NCBI GenBank assembly: GCA_043228905.1
Contig: JBHGNT010000020.1
Span: forward strand, 1,116,001-1,180,000
Origin: Azolla caroliniana
Taxonomy: Eukaryota > Plantae > Polypodiophyta
Length of the DNA stretch: 64,000 nucleotides
Direction of reading: 5' to 3'
This document shows positions 44,990-58,900 of this stretch, one piece after another. Both the position numbers and the translations under genes were made by a program. Each line of letters starts with the position of its first letter. Within the stretch, counting starts at the first letter, position 1. The notes below the pieces were generated by a model. That model was given only the letters and a program-made list of their open reading frames with translations. It was not told where the DNA came from and did no database searches.

Positions 44990-47060
44990 CAAGTAGACCA
45001 ATCACACATCAATCGACTCGAGATCCAAGAGAATACCTCTCTGGAGGTTGTGGCAGTCTTTCAGATCTACATGGTAAGACCGGGCTAACCAGCTCTAATA
45101 CAATCGTACTCAGTAATATCGTCACAGCCGAATTTGGAACTGCGGTTTCAGCTACCCGTGAATCTGACCTCATGTATTGTGTTGGACCGTCCAAGAGAGT
45201 CAGCACGTCCTTAACTCGATTGGACGTTCGACTACCTTGTCAATTTCGGAATCATTGAAAACAACATCCAAGACTTGTTGAGTCTCACAATCCTAGAGCT
45301 GATAGCCGAAATTGTTGTTAGGTCTATATCCAAGAAAAATACATTTTCGTGACCTTGGCTCAAGTTTATGGCATTCGTCTCATGGCACAAGTGTGTATGC
45401 CTCACACTTGAATATCCACAACTTTCCATAATCTGGTTTCTTTCCAGGGAAGAGCTCTTCCAGAATCTTAAGTCCAAGAGGCATGCTTGGTGACATGTTG
45501 ATGATGTGCATTGCAATAAGTAGCACCTCGACCTAGAAGTCATCCGAAAGACCAGAATGGTGCAACATGGCAACAATTCGCTTCTGAATTGTACGATTCA
45601 TGCATCGGACAATATCATTTTGCTTCGGGCTGTAGGGAGCCCTAAGTGCGTTGTCGGCAGAATTTCATGAATTCGTCGGATCTATACTCTCCCCTGTTAT
45701 CTGACTGTAGGCTTTTCAGCCTTCAGCCCATCCGATTTTCAACTATGGCAAGCCATTCCATGAAGATCATTGTGAATACACGATCTTTTCTCTGACTTGG
45801 ATAAGCCCACACCATTTGAGTCACATAGCCAATGAAGGTGACAAAGTACGACACGCCATCGAGAGATTGATGAGGCCAAAGACATCCAAATGGACTAAGT
45901 CAAGCGGGCTCGACTCTCTCAGTGCACCGGTCGGGTGTGTCATTGTGGCTTGCTTGCCATACTAACAATGCTTATAGAATTGATGGTCCGAAAAGGAGAG
46001 TTTGGGAATGTAGCCAACTTTGGATAGATGCATTATGATGGCTTTGCCCAGATGGCCAAGCCATCCATGCCATAAAGATGACATTGGGATATCTACCAAA
46101 AACAAGTCACTCTCTCTAAGTGTGTCGTACAGTGGGTACAATGAATGTACCTTTGGCCCTCGAGCAAGTAGGAGATTCCCTCTGTGGAGTGTACACCCTC
46201 GTGATGAGAAGTTGACACAAATGTTTGCTTCGTCAAGCTGACCCACGGAAATCAGCGGTTGTGTTAGCTTTGGGACACCCAGAAGGTTGAGTTCTACTGT
46301 GTTGATGCCAACATTGGCACAATGTCAAGAGTTATTGACTTAGAACAAGTCGAACCTTTGAACTGTATATTGTTGAAACTATGACCGATCTGGGGTCACA
46401 TGATAAGAGGCACCCGAATCGAGAAGCGAGCTTGTAGCTTCTTTAGTGATATACAAAACTTCTAATTTGACAATGTTTTTGATTACGAGAATATCTGGCT
46501 TGCCCAAAACGATTTCAGCTAAGGAGTCGACAATGGAAGTTGCACCAACAGAATTTACTTCCTCTGGTTAGCTGCCCTTTTGCTCACTTCTCTGAGCCTT
46601 TTCATTCTTAGCCTTAAGGCCACGGCATTCGACTTTGATATGTCCAGGCTTCTTACAATAGTCACTCATTCGTGTATCTCTAGACTTGGTTGGGCTCCTT
46701 TAGTTAGTTAGCACTAGAGAGAATCAGGAAGAACTTCTTCCTCGATTGTTCGGTCAGTCAGCCGGACTTTGTACCATAAAGGCATCACTTGCCGACTCGA
46801 GTAAGAAAATTTTCCTCCGAGCATCGTCAAACAAAATTGAGCTCATACTCTCGAAGTATTTCATAGTTGTGACGAAAGTTTCCCATGGAGGAGCTACACA
46901 TTAGCAAAAGAGATTTTAGTCCGTCGTCAATCATCATTCTATGTGCTAAAATCTAGGAAATTATGCTTTCCTAGTCGTTCAAGTCTGCATTACCGAATCA
47001 GACTCTTTCATCCAAAGGTTATAAAGGCAACAAATCAAATATATCTGAATCGGAATTTGG
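44990..47060 (-). mobile_element. Degenerate Copia gag-integrase segment
   Basis: SLWHGWLGHL (GAG-pre-integrase), LVHLDVFG, C..CKKPGHIKVEC remnant and LDSGASYH. Confidence 0.75.
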
Positions 47061-47429
47061 ATATTACATGTGGAGTTGGATCGTTAAATGGCGATCCACA
47101 AAGCGTCGGGCCATAGCCGACTTGTCCAGAAAGAGAGTTGGATACACCTAAGGCAAGGGAGTCGATTGAACTGGACTCCATGCATCATGAGCCGACTCAT
47201 AGCTGGCCTGTCCGACTGGGAGTCGGACAGAAGAACAAGTCGAATGACAATCGGCATGTAGTCAATTGGCTAGTAGCCGAATCAGACGAAGACCAAATCG
47301 GACTCATCCGGGTGGGCTATATTTATAAATAGCCTTGATGTGCCTATTGTGAGCTATATTTGTAAATAGACATATACATATCTAAGAAAAAAATGGTTAG
47401 GGCAAATAGCTAAATTATGATGGTTGTTA

Positions 47430-48425
47430 AACAGTTCGGGCTATTAGAGAAGGTTGAAGACATTCTCTAATACGATCTCTCTCTGTTGTTAATGTCACCT
47501 GTCTACATCTTAAACGAAGGCTCTGAGCATTCGGTTGTGGCTGATCCAATAGTTTTGTCGTCTTTAGCAATAGAATTGAAAGTGTTGATGTTTCAGGAAC
47601 AAATGACAACCAGCATCAGATGAACCTTGATCTTTGATACCAACTGTTTGGTAATGGAGATCGTCAATTGGAGAGTCTGCAATAAAGCATTGTATGTTGA
47701 TAGACAACAAGTTGATGTAAGAAACAATGAACAAAGAAGTAATCGAGACAATTTGCAGCAAGAGGGTCAGAGAGAGAGAGAGGGAAAACTAAGAGTCACC
47801 AAAATACATACTGTATTATTCAAGAATGAACCAAGAATGGCAACAACATCATCTTACAAACTAGGTATAGAGTTGGTTATATACTAACCAAACTAGGGCA
47901 ACTACTACCCTTTATATTATTTATAGAAATAGCCTATATTAGTTTGTATAAGAGGTTAATGTGAATACGTTCATTAGACGACTGTATTCGACATGGAAGA
48001 AGAAAAAGAGGGAAATAACACAAAGAGAGAGCTTGTGTAAGTATCTAAGAGTGAGGAGAAATAAGGGCAAAAGAGGAAGACAAGGGGAGTGAAAGAGGAA
48101 TAAAATAAGCAGGAAAAAACAGAACAAAGAAAAAAAGGACTAAACACAAGGGGGAATAAGGAAAAATCTGAAAGGTGGAGAGGGTTAGAAGAGAAATGTG
48201 TAAGCTTAAAATAGGTATGAAAATCAATAGGAAGTAAAGCATCATTGCAAACCCCTGAAATGAGAATAAGAACATAGAAGTTGCGACTACAAGTTAAATG
48301 GGGAGAGGGAAAACAATTAGCTGCATTTGAAAGGTTATGTATATAGTTTAAGTTCAATAGTAACATGAAGGTTTTTGTCCTTGATCATTGACCCTAACAA
48401 CATTCTCAAAGGGGGTGTCACAAGA
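47430..48425 (-). mobile_element. LTR retrotransposon remnant (PBS plus LTR)
   Basis: tctttgatacca (reverse tRNA-Met PBS-like) at about 47631-47642, followed by tgtttgg. Confidence 0.45.
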
Positions 48426-49901
48426 GTGAAGTAAAACTAATGGAGATTTTGTTTGAGTTTCTAATTCTAGAGGACATGGAAGAGGGGTTTCATGTGACAT
48501 CACCATTTCAATGATATTGCAAATGCATGTGTAGTTAGTGACATGGGTGTTTGTCAATGGTTAAAGTGGTCGAATATTGAAACGTAAGGCAAGTCATGGT
48601 TTTTAGGGGCAATGTGTGCCTATCCATAGTTACACGTGCAATTCAAGCGTAAGGATGCTTAAAGCTAGATGTGCAAGTTTTTGGATCTAGAAAGATCTTG
48701 GGAGGTTCCACACTGACTTGATTTTGAAAAGGAAAACAGAATGAACTCAACAAATTGGGACCAAGCCATAAAATAACAATCAACATGACCACCTTATAAA
48801 TTTGGTGAAATTTTAACACGGTAATCTAATCTTACATCGAAGCATCGCTTCGTATACCAAAGAGTAGGATGGGCATAGTTTTCCCAACAAAAAATAGGGT
48901 TTTGTAGTTAGTATAATGTACACTATGATGTGTGAATCATGAGCGTCCACTTGTCCCATTTAATAAATTGGCATTACCAAAAAAGCCTAATTCACAGCAA
49001 AGACAATTGATGTATCATGAAACAAGCATGTTGTGCATCATATCCTCCATGACATGTACACACCAATATATACAAAAGCAAAAGAGGAAATCCTCATATA
49101 TATACACTGAGAGCATTCACAACATATTTTAGAACAGCTTGTATTAACTTTTGTATCATTCCGATATATAAATGGCAAAAGCAGAAGAGGAAATCCTCAT
49201 ATATACAACTGAGAGCATTCACACCATATATTTTAGAACAGCTTGTAATTACTTTTGTATAAATGGCAAAAAAAATTGTGAATCTCAAAATATTCACATA
49301 AAAAGAAAAGGATAAATAGAAAACAAGAAGCAAAATCAAATTTGTCAATTTAAAGAAAATGATACATTCTCCATGATGATGTAGATGCACAAATACCTCA
49401 AGATTACTCTTTTAATCCTTTGTGGCATGCTTCATTCAAGGAGTTCTACTGATCGATAAGCTTGTTTCATCAAGCATCGAGTAATCAGATTTCACATGAA
49501 AATATATCCAAAACCTGAAATTTTGCAACACAATATTAATCCCTCCAATTTGATGTAGTTTGAACTCTTGCAATACCACTAAAGGTTTTGAAGAAATGGT
49601 TTCTTAAACAAATTTCATGCTTCACAAAATATTCGCTAATACTTAAGAGAATTATTACAACTAAAAACTACACTTATAGAGACAGCAACTTAAATTGACA
49701 AAATTTACATTTTACTTTGTACAGACCTACAAGGCGATTTAAAATATTCTATCCAAAACAAATAATGTGGTGGGGAAATTGTAACCCTTGCTAAAAGTTA
49801 CATATCTCATAAAAATATTGAGTTTATAACATTGAATGACAATCACCGAACTTCAGTCCTAAATCCTAAAATGGTGAATCAATTGGAGAATGTCCTTACC
49901 T

Positions 49902-52900
49902 TTATTTTGATTCAGGCCATTTTGGATATACTCTCTTATACAAATTCACACAAACAGCATCTCTTTGTTGCAAAACACCATCAAAAACACATTTCATTGC
50001 ACCTAGAAACAAGAAGAATAACATAAAATCATTCAAGATACTCAAAAGATTCATTAAGTACATCCATGCTATCTGAATGACAAATTTTTAAGGTGATATA
50101 ACATACCATGAGTACCAACAGGTTCTTTGATTCGACCACGCCTCCCATACTTTGTCGATAATTCAAGTGGCTGTAGCATAAAGACTCCATTAACAGTGCA
50201 TTGATCACGAATTGAAGTACAATGCACACGAAAAATCACCTTGAACCAGCGCACATCCTCTGGATTGTGAAACATGAACCTTATAACTGCTCTCTTTTTC
50301 TGCACTCTTTGTGGATACCTATACAATTTGAATGAAGATTTTTAAATTTTCAGATGTAGATGTGAACTTATGATGTCAAAACTTATCCAAATACATACCC
50401 AGACAGAATAATCTTTTTCAAAATAATACGGTCAGGGTCTACACATTTTAGTGACCCTGAAGCTGCCAATGTCAAATCTCCATTCTCAGCTTCTTTAAAC
50501 ACCACCAAAGGAAGAGGCGAGAAGCAGATTGGTGCAAACACGGATGCAACAGAAAAACGTCCAGGATGTAGGAATCTTTCCATTTTATGTTTATCCATGT
50601 TAATATCATCTGTAGAGAATATAGGCCTGAAGCAAACAAGGGTTGACCGCCAATGCCCATCAGCAAATGGGATTTCAGAAAAACAATATAGATTTTGACG
50701 CATGTTCTCTGAAAATATTCAAATTGAAATGCCAATGATGATGAAAAACAAATTAAATTACACAGTATAAATGATACCTTGTCTTGTACATCCGGAAACC
50801 TGTATGGAAAATCAAGGGCTCCTTTGATTTCAAAGGCTCCGAAAAGCTCTCGTGTTTCTTGATGCTGAGAAAATATCAGAGTTTCTTTTTGGATAATTAT
50901 GTTTTTGAATTCGTCTAAGATTTATCATGAAATAAAAAGATTGCGACAATGTGCATATCGAAGAGTGTAAATGTTTTCTGTATCTCCTTTAAATCATATG
51001 TAGATTTATAGGGGGAAGAAAGTGTACCTAAAATGTACAACTGACATTTTAGACTCATGTTGAAGCAATCCACATACAGTGGCAGGCATCGGTGAATGTG
51101 CATTCTGAATTTGCATCGCTGAACTCAAAGGGAAGTCTTTCACATGAAGTGTCACGTATGCACCAACGCAAACAGAGCCTTCCAACTTCGCTTCATCAAT
51201 TTCTCTAGCTTTGGCAAATACATTCTTTTGAGTTCTTTGAAATCTTTCAAAAGAAAATATCCTGGCATATTCACGTGGTAGTGACTCCTAAAATCAATAC
51301 AATCGAAAGATTGATAAATATTGGGAAAGTAAAATAATAATCACAACTGAACATCACATAGTACTGCCTTCGAATAACAGATGCTTCATAATCGGGACTG
51401 ATTCCTGCAAAGAATCTCTTCCTGCATCTCTTCCCAGACAAAGAATACACTTGATACCTAGGACTAATTGGCATCTCAATTCCTTTATAATTTCCCAAGC
51501 ACGCCCAAGAAATGGAGACAACCATCCAAAATAACTAAACATGAAGTTAGAACGCAATTTACATTCCTCTAGTTTGCATTCTTAAGATAGGCGAGCTAGA
51601 ATTTTGGTGCTTTATCAAGAGAAGAAAATAACAACTGCCTAAAATGTAGTTGAATGTAAGCATTGAGCTAGATACAACTCATATGAGATACTGTTGTTCA
51701 GAGCATGGTTAGAACGCAATTTACATTCCTCTAGTTTGCATTCTTAAGATAGGCGAGCTAGAATTTTGGTGCTTTATCAAGAGAAGAAAATAACAACTGC
51801 CTAAAATGTAGTTGAATGTAAGCATTGAGCTAGATACAACTCATATGAGATACTGTTGTTCAGAGCATGGTTAGAACGCAATTTACATTCCTCTAGTTTG
51901 CATTCTTAAGATAGGCAAGCTAGAATTTTGGTGCTTTATCAAGAGAAGAAAATAACAACTGCCTAAAATGTAGTTGAATGTAAGCATTGAGCTAGATACA
52001 ACTCATATGAGATACTGTTGTTCAGAGCATGGTAAATTGTTGCATCTGTTCTGACCTATTGCTTTTTGCTTCCTTTCTGGTCTCATGCATCTGCATAGCA
52101 GTCTCTGGTGTAATAAATTTGCTCCTCAGACACATGCAGGCCCCTCTTAACCTAATGGTCTTAATAGGATCTATTAATTAGGCGAGCTAAGAATTTGATA
52201 GTTTATCATGAGGGCAAAATAACATTGCCTAAATTTGGTTAAATATAATAATTGAGTCAGATATAAATTACCTCCTCAAACACACACAGTCCCGTTTATT
52301 AATTAGCCATGCTAAATCTTAGGCGGTCTACCACGACGAGAAAATAGCAGCCTTTCCTAGTTGAATATAATTATTGTGCTAGATAAATCTAGAAATTATT
52401 AACTTTTGAGTCGATTTCTGCCTACAGTTTCTTATTTTCTTAAAGTTTCAATTAATGCCAAATACCATGAGAATAAAATAGCGATCATTCCTAGTTGAAT
52501 ATGATTATTGAGCTAGATACAACTTCAACAAATGGTAATGTTTTTTATTAATTGAGTCAATTTCTACCTACAATTTCTTATGTTTTTAAGTTCCACCAAT
52601 GCTGCATGCATGTGCACCTATATGAGGTTTTGGTCCCATACATTCGTAAATCATTGTGTGATATGATAAACCTCCTGAACCATGCATATTCCCCTCTTGA
52701 TCTCATGCTCTTCATAGAATCTACTTTTTTAATAAACTTACAGTTGGATCCCAAGTTGAAGTGCGAAGAGACTTAAGTCCTCTATATTTTGCAAACCGCT
52801 TCCTTGCAGGGACATCCAAGGGTGTATCCACTTCATCAGGAAATTCTAAACAAAAACATAGCAAGAATCATCAGGCAGAAGTAAATTAATTAAACACTTA

Positions 52901-55900
52901 ATATCTGTTAGTATTATTAGTTGTTGTGAATCCAAATAACTGGAAAACCTAAATAAACAGAAACATCTGATGTCTGATAGTGGTTATTAAGAATCTATAT
53001 AACAAGAAAACCACATTATAATCAAGCCTTCCACTCCAGTGAAAATCCCAATGACCTTTCTTCAAGATAAAAGGTTGATAAAATATATCCTCAATATTGT
53101 AACAATATATTAATCGTGAATCACCAATAGCAACATGGATAATGCAAACAATATCCAGAGAAAATCTAACCACCTCAAATATCATTTGCCATTAGATTTC
53201 GTCAAACTAGTTCCAAGATGAGAAGCAATATCCATTCGTATCACATTCCCTGAAAGTTTATCCTATGATTACAGTAGAAATAAATACATGTCTGAAGGGA
53301 AGTCAAGGGTGAGAAAAATGAAAGAGGTTGTATTGTGAGAATGTCCTTATGTCGAATCAATGATAAGGTTCTGCAATATTCTATGAGACTCATATGAAGA
53401 GCTATGACCCAGGATTTGGAATGACAAGGTTTTGCATTATTCTATGAGACTCATATGAAGAGCTATGACCCAGGATTTGGAATGACAAGGTTCTGCATTA
53501 TTCTATGAGACTCAAAGCAAAGAAAATAATAGACCCATATGAAAAGCTATTACCCAGGATTTAAAATTAAGATACTAGGATTACACTGGAGACTATTCTC
53601 GCTCCAGCAGCCAACAGTTATGAAAGTGGAATACTGTGTGATGCAAATACATATTATTTCCTTTGAATTACAGTACAAATTTATATGGAATACTAATGAA
53701 TGCAAAAACGAGGATGAGGACATAAGATGCAAATCACCAAGTTACACTTCAGGAGGTAAAGAACTGCTGGAGTGATAACACAGCCATGAGTATGAATCAA
53801 TTTAAGATCGAACTTAAACATATGCTACACTTCACATAATTAACATCAAAAAATATGTAAACAGATAATAGATAGATAGATAGACAGATAGACAGAAACC
53901 TGCATAGGACAGACAAATATTGGAGCAACTAACCTTCATCTGCAGCATGTGCTGCCTTCAGCCGCTCAAGCTCTACTCGTCTATCTTCCTCTGTAAGCTC
54001 TTCATCGACCTAGAGAAGATGAATCTCTGTGAATTAATGTAGCTATATAAACCATTCACAAATGCTCAAACAATCTATCAGTAATATTCACGTGGAGTAC
54101 CATCATTTCACTTTGACAATCGTCATCACCATCTCCATATGACACAATGTCATCTTGCTCATCATTCCTCTCCTCAGATAATACCCCATCATCTTCATCA
54201 GTCTCCTGATTTGTATCCATCTTTTCATCTGATTTAACACTGTCTTCATCATCATCACTAGCTTCATCCAGAATCCATGCAGCCTGTAGAAGAAAATAAG
54301 ACAAGAAAGCATCAATGTTCTTTTTTCACTTTTTATAGTATATGTTGCTCATGCATCTTAATGGCAGTGCCTTGACAGGAAAGCAATCTTACTTGGTATT
54401 CTGATGTGCCCTTGGGAAGCAATCTTTTATTTACTTTTTTCTGCTTCATTGCATTTGCAAGCTCTTCTTCTGTAGGCCAAGTCTGACATCAAAAGTAAAT
54501 ATATCAAACCACATTCAGAGAAAAGAACAGCAGTTATCGACAAAACTAACCTGTTCACCCGCAAGAGTATCAGGTATATTTTCCACGATCACTGTTTCCT
54601 GCAATACTGGATCTGCTAGAAGAGAAATCTGCATATATATAACAATTCAGGGATTTACAGTAGTATATTACAATGTGAAGTAAAGCGGCTTTCTCTCACT
54701 TCTTTAGAAGAACTTTCTATCTGCATCTGATTCCCTTTAACAGCTTTGTGAGCTCGTTGCAGCAAATCGGGGTCTTCAAGGACATCAATTTGTTTCAACT
54801 GAAAATCTCCAATCCCAGTGACGTGCACCTGTATAACAAGTTCCATGCTTCGTGAATAAAGAGACCAATAAGCTTGTTCCAAGGCTCTCTGACAAACTCT
54901 GGCTTACCAACTGATTCACAGAAAGACCTCTCCCTCGTACATATCCAGAAAGAAGAAGGGTACCTCTTTCAGGCATTTGGTGATCAGGTATAAAGTCAAG
55001 CTAATCAAAATAGAGATAGGTCTCAAAATCTGCTAAAATTAAAAATTTAATGTGATGCATATGATTGGCATACCTTTTGTGCCATGAAATAAGGCCGTTG
55101 GCTCCTCCATTGAGGATTTAACAACCTATGACCTGACAAGTACCTAAAAACCTGCTCCACAATAGTACTTAGGTACATCCTTTTAAAGAAATGCTATTGA
55201 AACTGTAACAAACAGCATACCGGTTCAAAATCGTCCACGGCATCTGAAAAAAATATCTTTGAGTTTTCTGGAAGCTCTACCCCCAATGCTGTGGCTGACA
55301 ATTTCTTCACATCTGACCTTTTTTTAGCAGGAATATCCACGAGGCCCTTTCATATAGAGGTAACAAAATAGAAATAGCAATCATTATTCAAGATGAAACA
55401 AGAATAATGAGAGTGACAAAGTCAGAATCATATCAGCTACCTCCATCAACCCAATGACTGTAGGGAGACCTTGGGCTCTCAGCATTGATAAGAGAATTTT
55501 TCCTTCCTTATTCAGAAGTTGATCTTTCTCATTCGTAACAGTTGTTACAAACGCAATGACATCTGCAACCTAGCAACGGAGGCACAAGTTAAAAGTTAAA
55601 AGAAGAAATTAAGCCAGAATTATTGAAACTACAACATTGCAAAGTGTTGTGTGCAAGAAGATATAAGATCAAACAAAGATTACCTTTGCCACTGCCAGGC
55701 AGCCCTGCAGATCGTCTTGGCTTGCTTCAATGATCTAGATATTACCATATAGGTCATTCAATAATGAGAATCAACGGAAACGCCATGACAATGAAAAACA
55801 ATTAATGATATCTTACATTTAATCTTAGTTTGTGCCTGTGACACAAGTGTGTGATCTTTCCATCCACTTCCGACGTGTTATCTTCTATGTCCATTACATT

Positions 55901-58900
55901 ATCTGAACCATTCTTTGGTTCCTTAAGATGTTTCAACAAAAGGTTCGAAGTTTTGCTCAAGTTTCTCTTCGAGGTAAGTGCAATGAGTGCCTGTATCACA
56001 TGAGAAACCATAGCATAAATGATAAAAGTACATTCAATCATAGTCCTTTCATCACCTGCATACGCTGTGACATGATCTGCTCATTATGGACCAATTACTT
56101 CCAACTTAGCAAACTATGAATCCTTATGCAGAACAGAATAGAACGATCATTAAAAGGCTAACAAGAAAAAATGCTTGACCCTTGAATATATTGGTGAATT
56201 TGGTACCAACTCAAAACATCATGGAAGCATTCTATACATTTCTGACATTCCTAGACACACAATGTCACATTTGTGCACATCTTTTGGAACATAAAGATTC
56301 CTGTGTATACTTACAAGCACAATAGGTGGGGAGAGATTTGATCCAACACCCAAACGTTTCTCAGCCAAGAGAGCTGCCTTCTTCTGATCTCGAATCTACA
56401 AAAAGATGAGCAGCAAACATTTTAAACATTTGCACATACAAAGGCAATAGTAAATGGACAATTCTAACTCAATGTCCATAGTTAAATTGGATTAATCATG
56501 CCAGTCAAATTGAAGTGATCTCTCAGATCTGCAAAGGAATCACCACCATAACACTTTGGCATAGAGAAATGTAGACTTGTTTTTTTCCAAGGTCATGTTG
56601 GGGATATTTTCCAAGAGGGCTTTTTGATTTTCCATATTGAGTTGGGACTCATCTAACACCGATCATCAATGCTGAAAATATCACATCCAGACAGAAGTCC
56701 TCCAATCCCCCTTGTACCTCCCAAACACATAAATTTCCCAAGCCAAGCTGGAAAAACTCCCAAGAGAGCTTTTTGATTTTCCATATTGTGTTGGGACTCA
56801 TCTAACACCTGTGACCAAAACTGAAAATATCATATCCAGACAGAATTCCTCCAATCCCCTCTGCAGCTACACCCAAACACATAACTCAGGAGGACAATGA
56901 CTGGATTTTATCAATAACATAAATTTCATCTCCCCAATCATTTGGACCATCAAGTGATGCATACCAAATTAATCAACCCAATTCCAAAATCAATCCATTA
57001 CGCTCAGGTATCATATATTCTTAGCAGCTAAAAATATGGAACTAATGTGCTATATCCAGTTGAGAAAATCCCTACTTTTTTATTTATCACATCACTTATG
57101 TCCAACTACAATTGGCATCCTATCACTCAGTCAGCATGCCATCACTGTGCGGATCATCAATCAAGGTAGCATCCCAAGATAGCATTCCAATTTGTTCCTG
57201 CCTCCAATTTGTATTTATAGACCCCTGCTCTTATATTTCTTCCTCTTCTTTCTTGGGCACACCATGGTTCTCAGATCTTCATAGATGGAGCTCAACAAAG
57301 GGATACCCCTAGTGCACATATTATCACCATAGAGGGAGCTCCTCAAAATGATGCCTGCTCTCCCCTTCCCTCTGTTTTCTCTCTCTAAATGTCATTGAGA
57401 GTCCTCCACTCAAAGTAGACCACCTCACTCTGTTCTCAAAGGCCATCATCTACCACCATCACAGGTGCTTCCCTCACTTCACAGACCTCTCCATTCTGGA
57501 TCAACCTATGCTAGATATCTTTTAAAGACAAAAATTACAATATATCTGACTTAAGAATCTTACATGTACCAATAACGAGATACTTTAGTCTATTTTTATC
57601 TTATTTACCTTTTTAACTTAGTAACCTTTATTTTGATTTGTTGTTCTCAAAGATGAGACAACACTTACGATGTAATCTCTTGTCTGGTGTTATAGGTCAT
57701 TTTGGCCTCTTACAAGACGTTAATATATCTTTCGGTCTTTGCTCCAAATCTTTTATCATTGGTTTTGGACTTCCTCACCTGTTACATTGGAGCAGCTATA
57801 AATCGCTCACGTTTTCCACATTCAGCATAGGGTCCTTGCTTTTTCCATATGCATCCCATGATTTTGTATTAGTGCCAACATTTTTTCCAATTGGAAAGGC
57901 AATGTGTTTTCCTTGTTCAGTAGAACGTCATGTAACTTTCCGTTCTGATTTTTTCGCTACTTCCAGTTCCTTGATGGTCTGCCCTAAGCATGATGCAAAG
58001 AAGAAAAGCAAATTGCCACCCATGTCCTATCCATCACCCTTGCAGGTCTGCCCTGAGCATGATGCAAAGCAGAAAAGCAAATTGCCACCCATGTCCTATC
58101 CATCACCCTTGTTCAATATGTCCGCTCAGTCAGTAACACCCTTAATGTTACCTGACACAAAAAGTGGCATGCCTACGGCAATCTAATTGTGTATAGTTGA
58201 TCAACAATTATATTATTGCATCAATGTTCATGAGCCTTTTCATCCAGCTTAAATAGGGACTGAATAATGCTTCCAAAAAGTTATTCCTCTATGACAAAGG
58301 GTGGGACGTAAGGCGAGGCACTGAGCCTCTACCAGTTCCAAATATCATTTTCTGGAAAGCCCTTGCCAATTGTCAGGTATCACTATCTCTACGCCAACTC
58401 TGGTACTACCACACTTCGATGACCAACACTTGGCAGTCAACACTTGACGACAGATAAGAGTATGGCAAATTTTCCACATGTGCCTTTGGTGCCATTCAAA
58501 AGTCTGACCACCAGCCCACCAATAATGGATGAGCTGTCTCTGGAAATCACAGTCCAAATAAACAAGGTTAAACGTTGTAGATGTAATTGATGGTGGCTCC
58601 AGTGTCAATGTTATGACCAAATCAGCGTGCCAATGCCTCAGCCTTATAAATGGATGAAGTGCCACTTTAGGTTACCAATGGCAGACAGTAGCTGAGAAAG
58701 ACATCAACATGCTCGAGGGGATTATTAATACTCACCTAGGCGCCTAGATTCTGAGTGGTTCAACCTTATCACCACTAGCTGCCAACTAGCGCCCTACCAC
58801 AAGACTTGACAAACACAACCCCAACCACCCTGACGGAACTCTCAGGCAACTTTGTCACCACTTGAGCTCAACTCAGAATGCAGTGAGCAGAATCTATCCA

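Noticed and set aside
49902-56400. Intronic snoRNAs in TSR1
   Set aside because: No convincing C/D box pair with a terminal stem was found by eye; an Infernal scan would be needed to exclude them.
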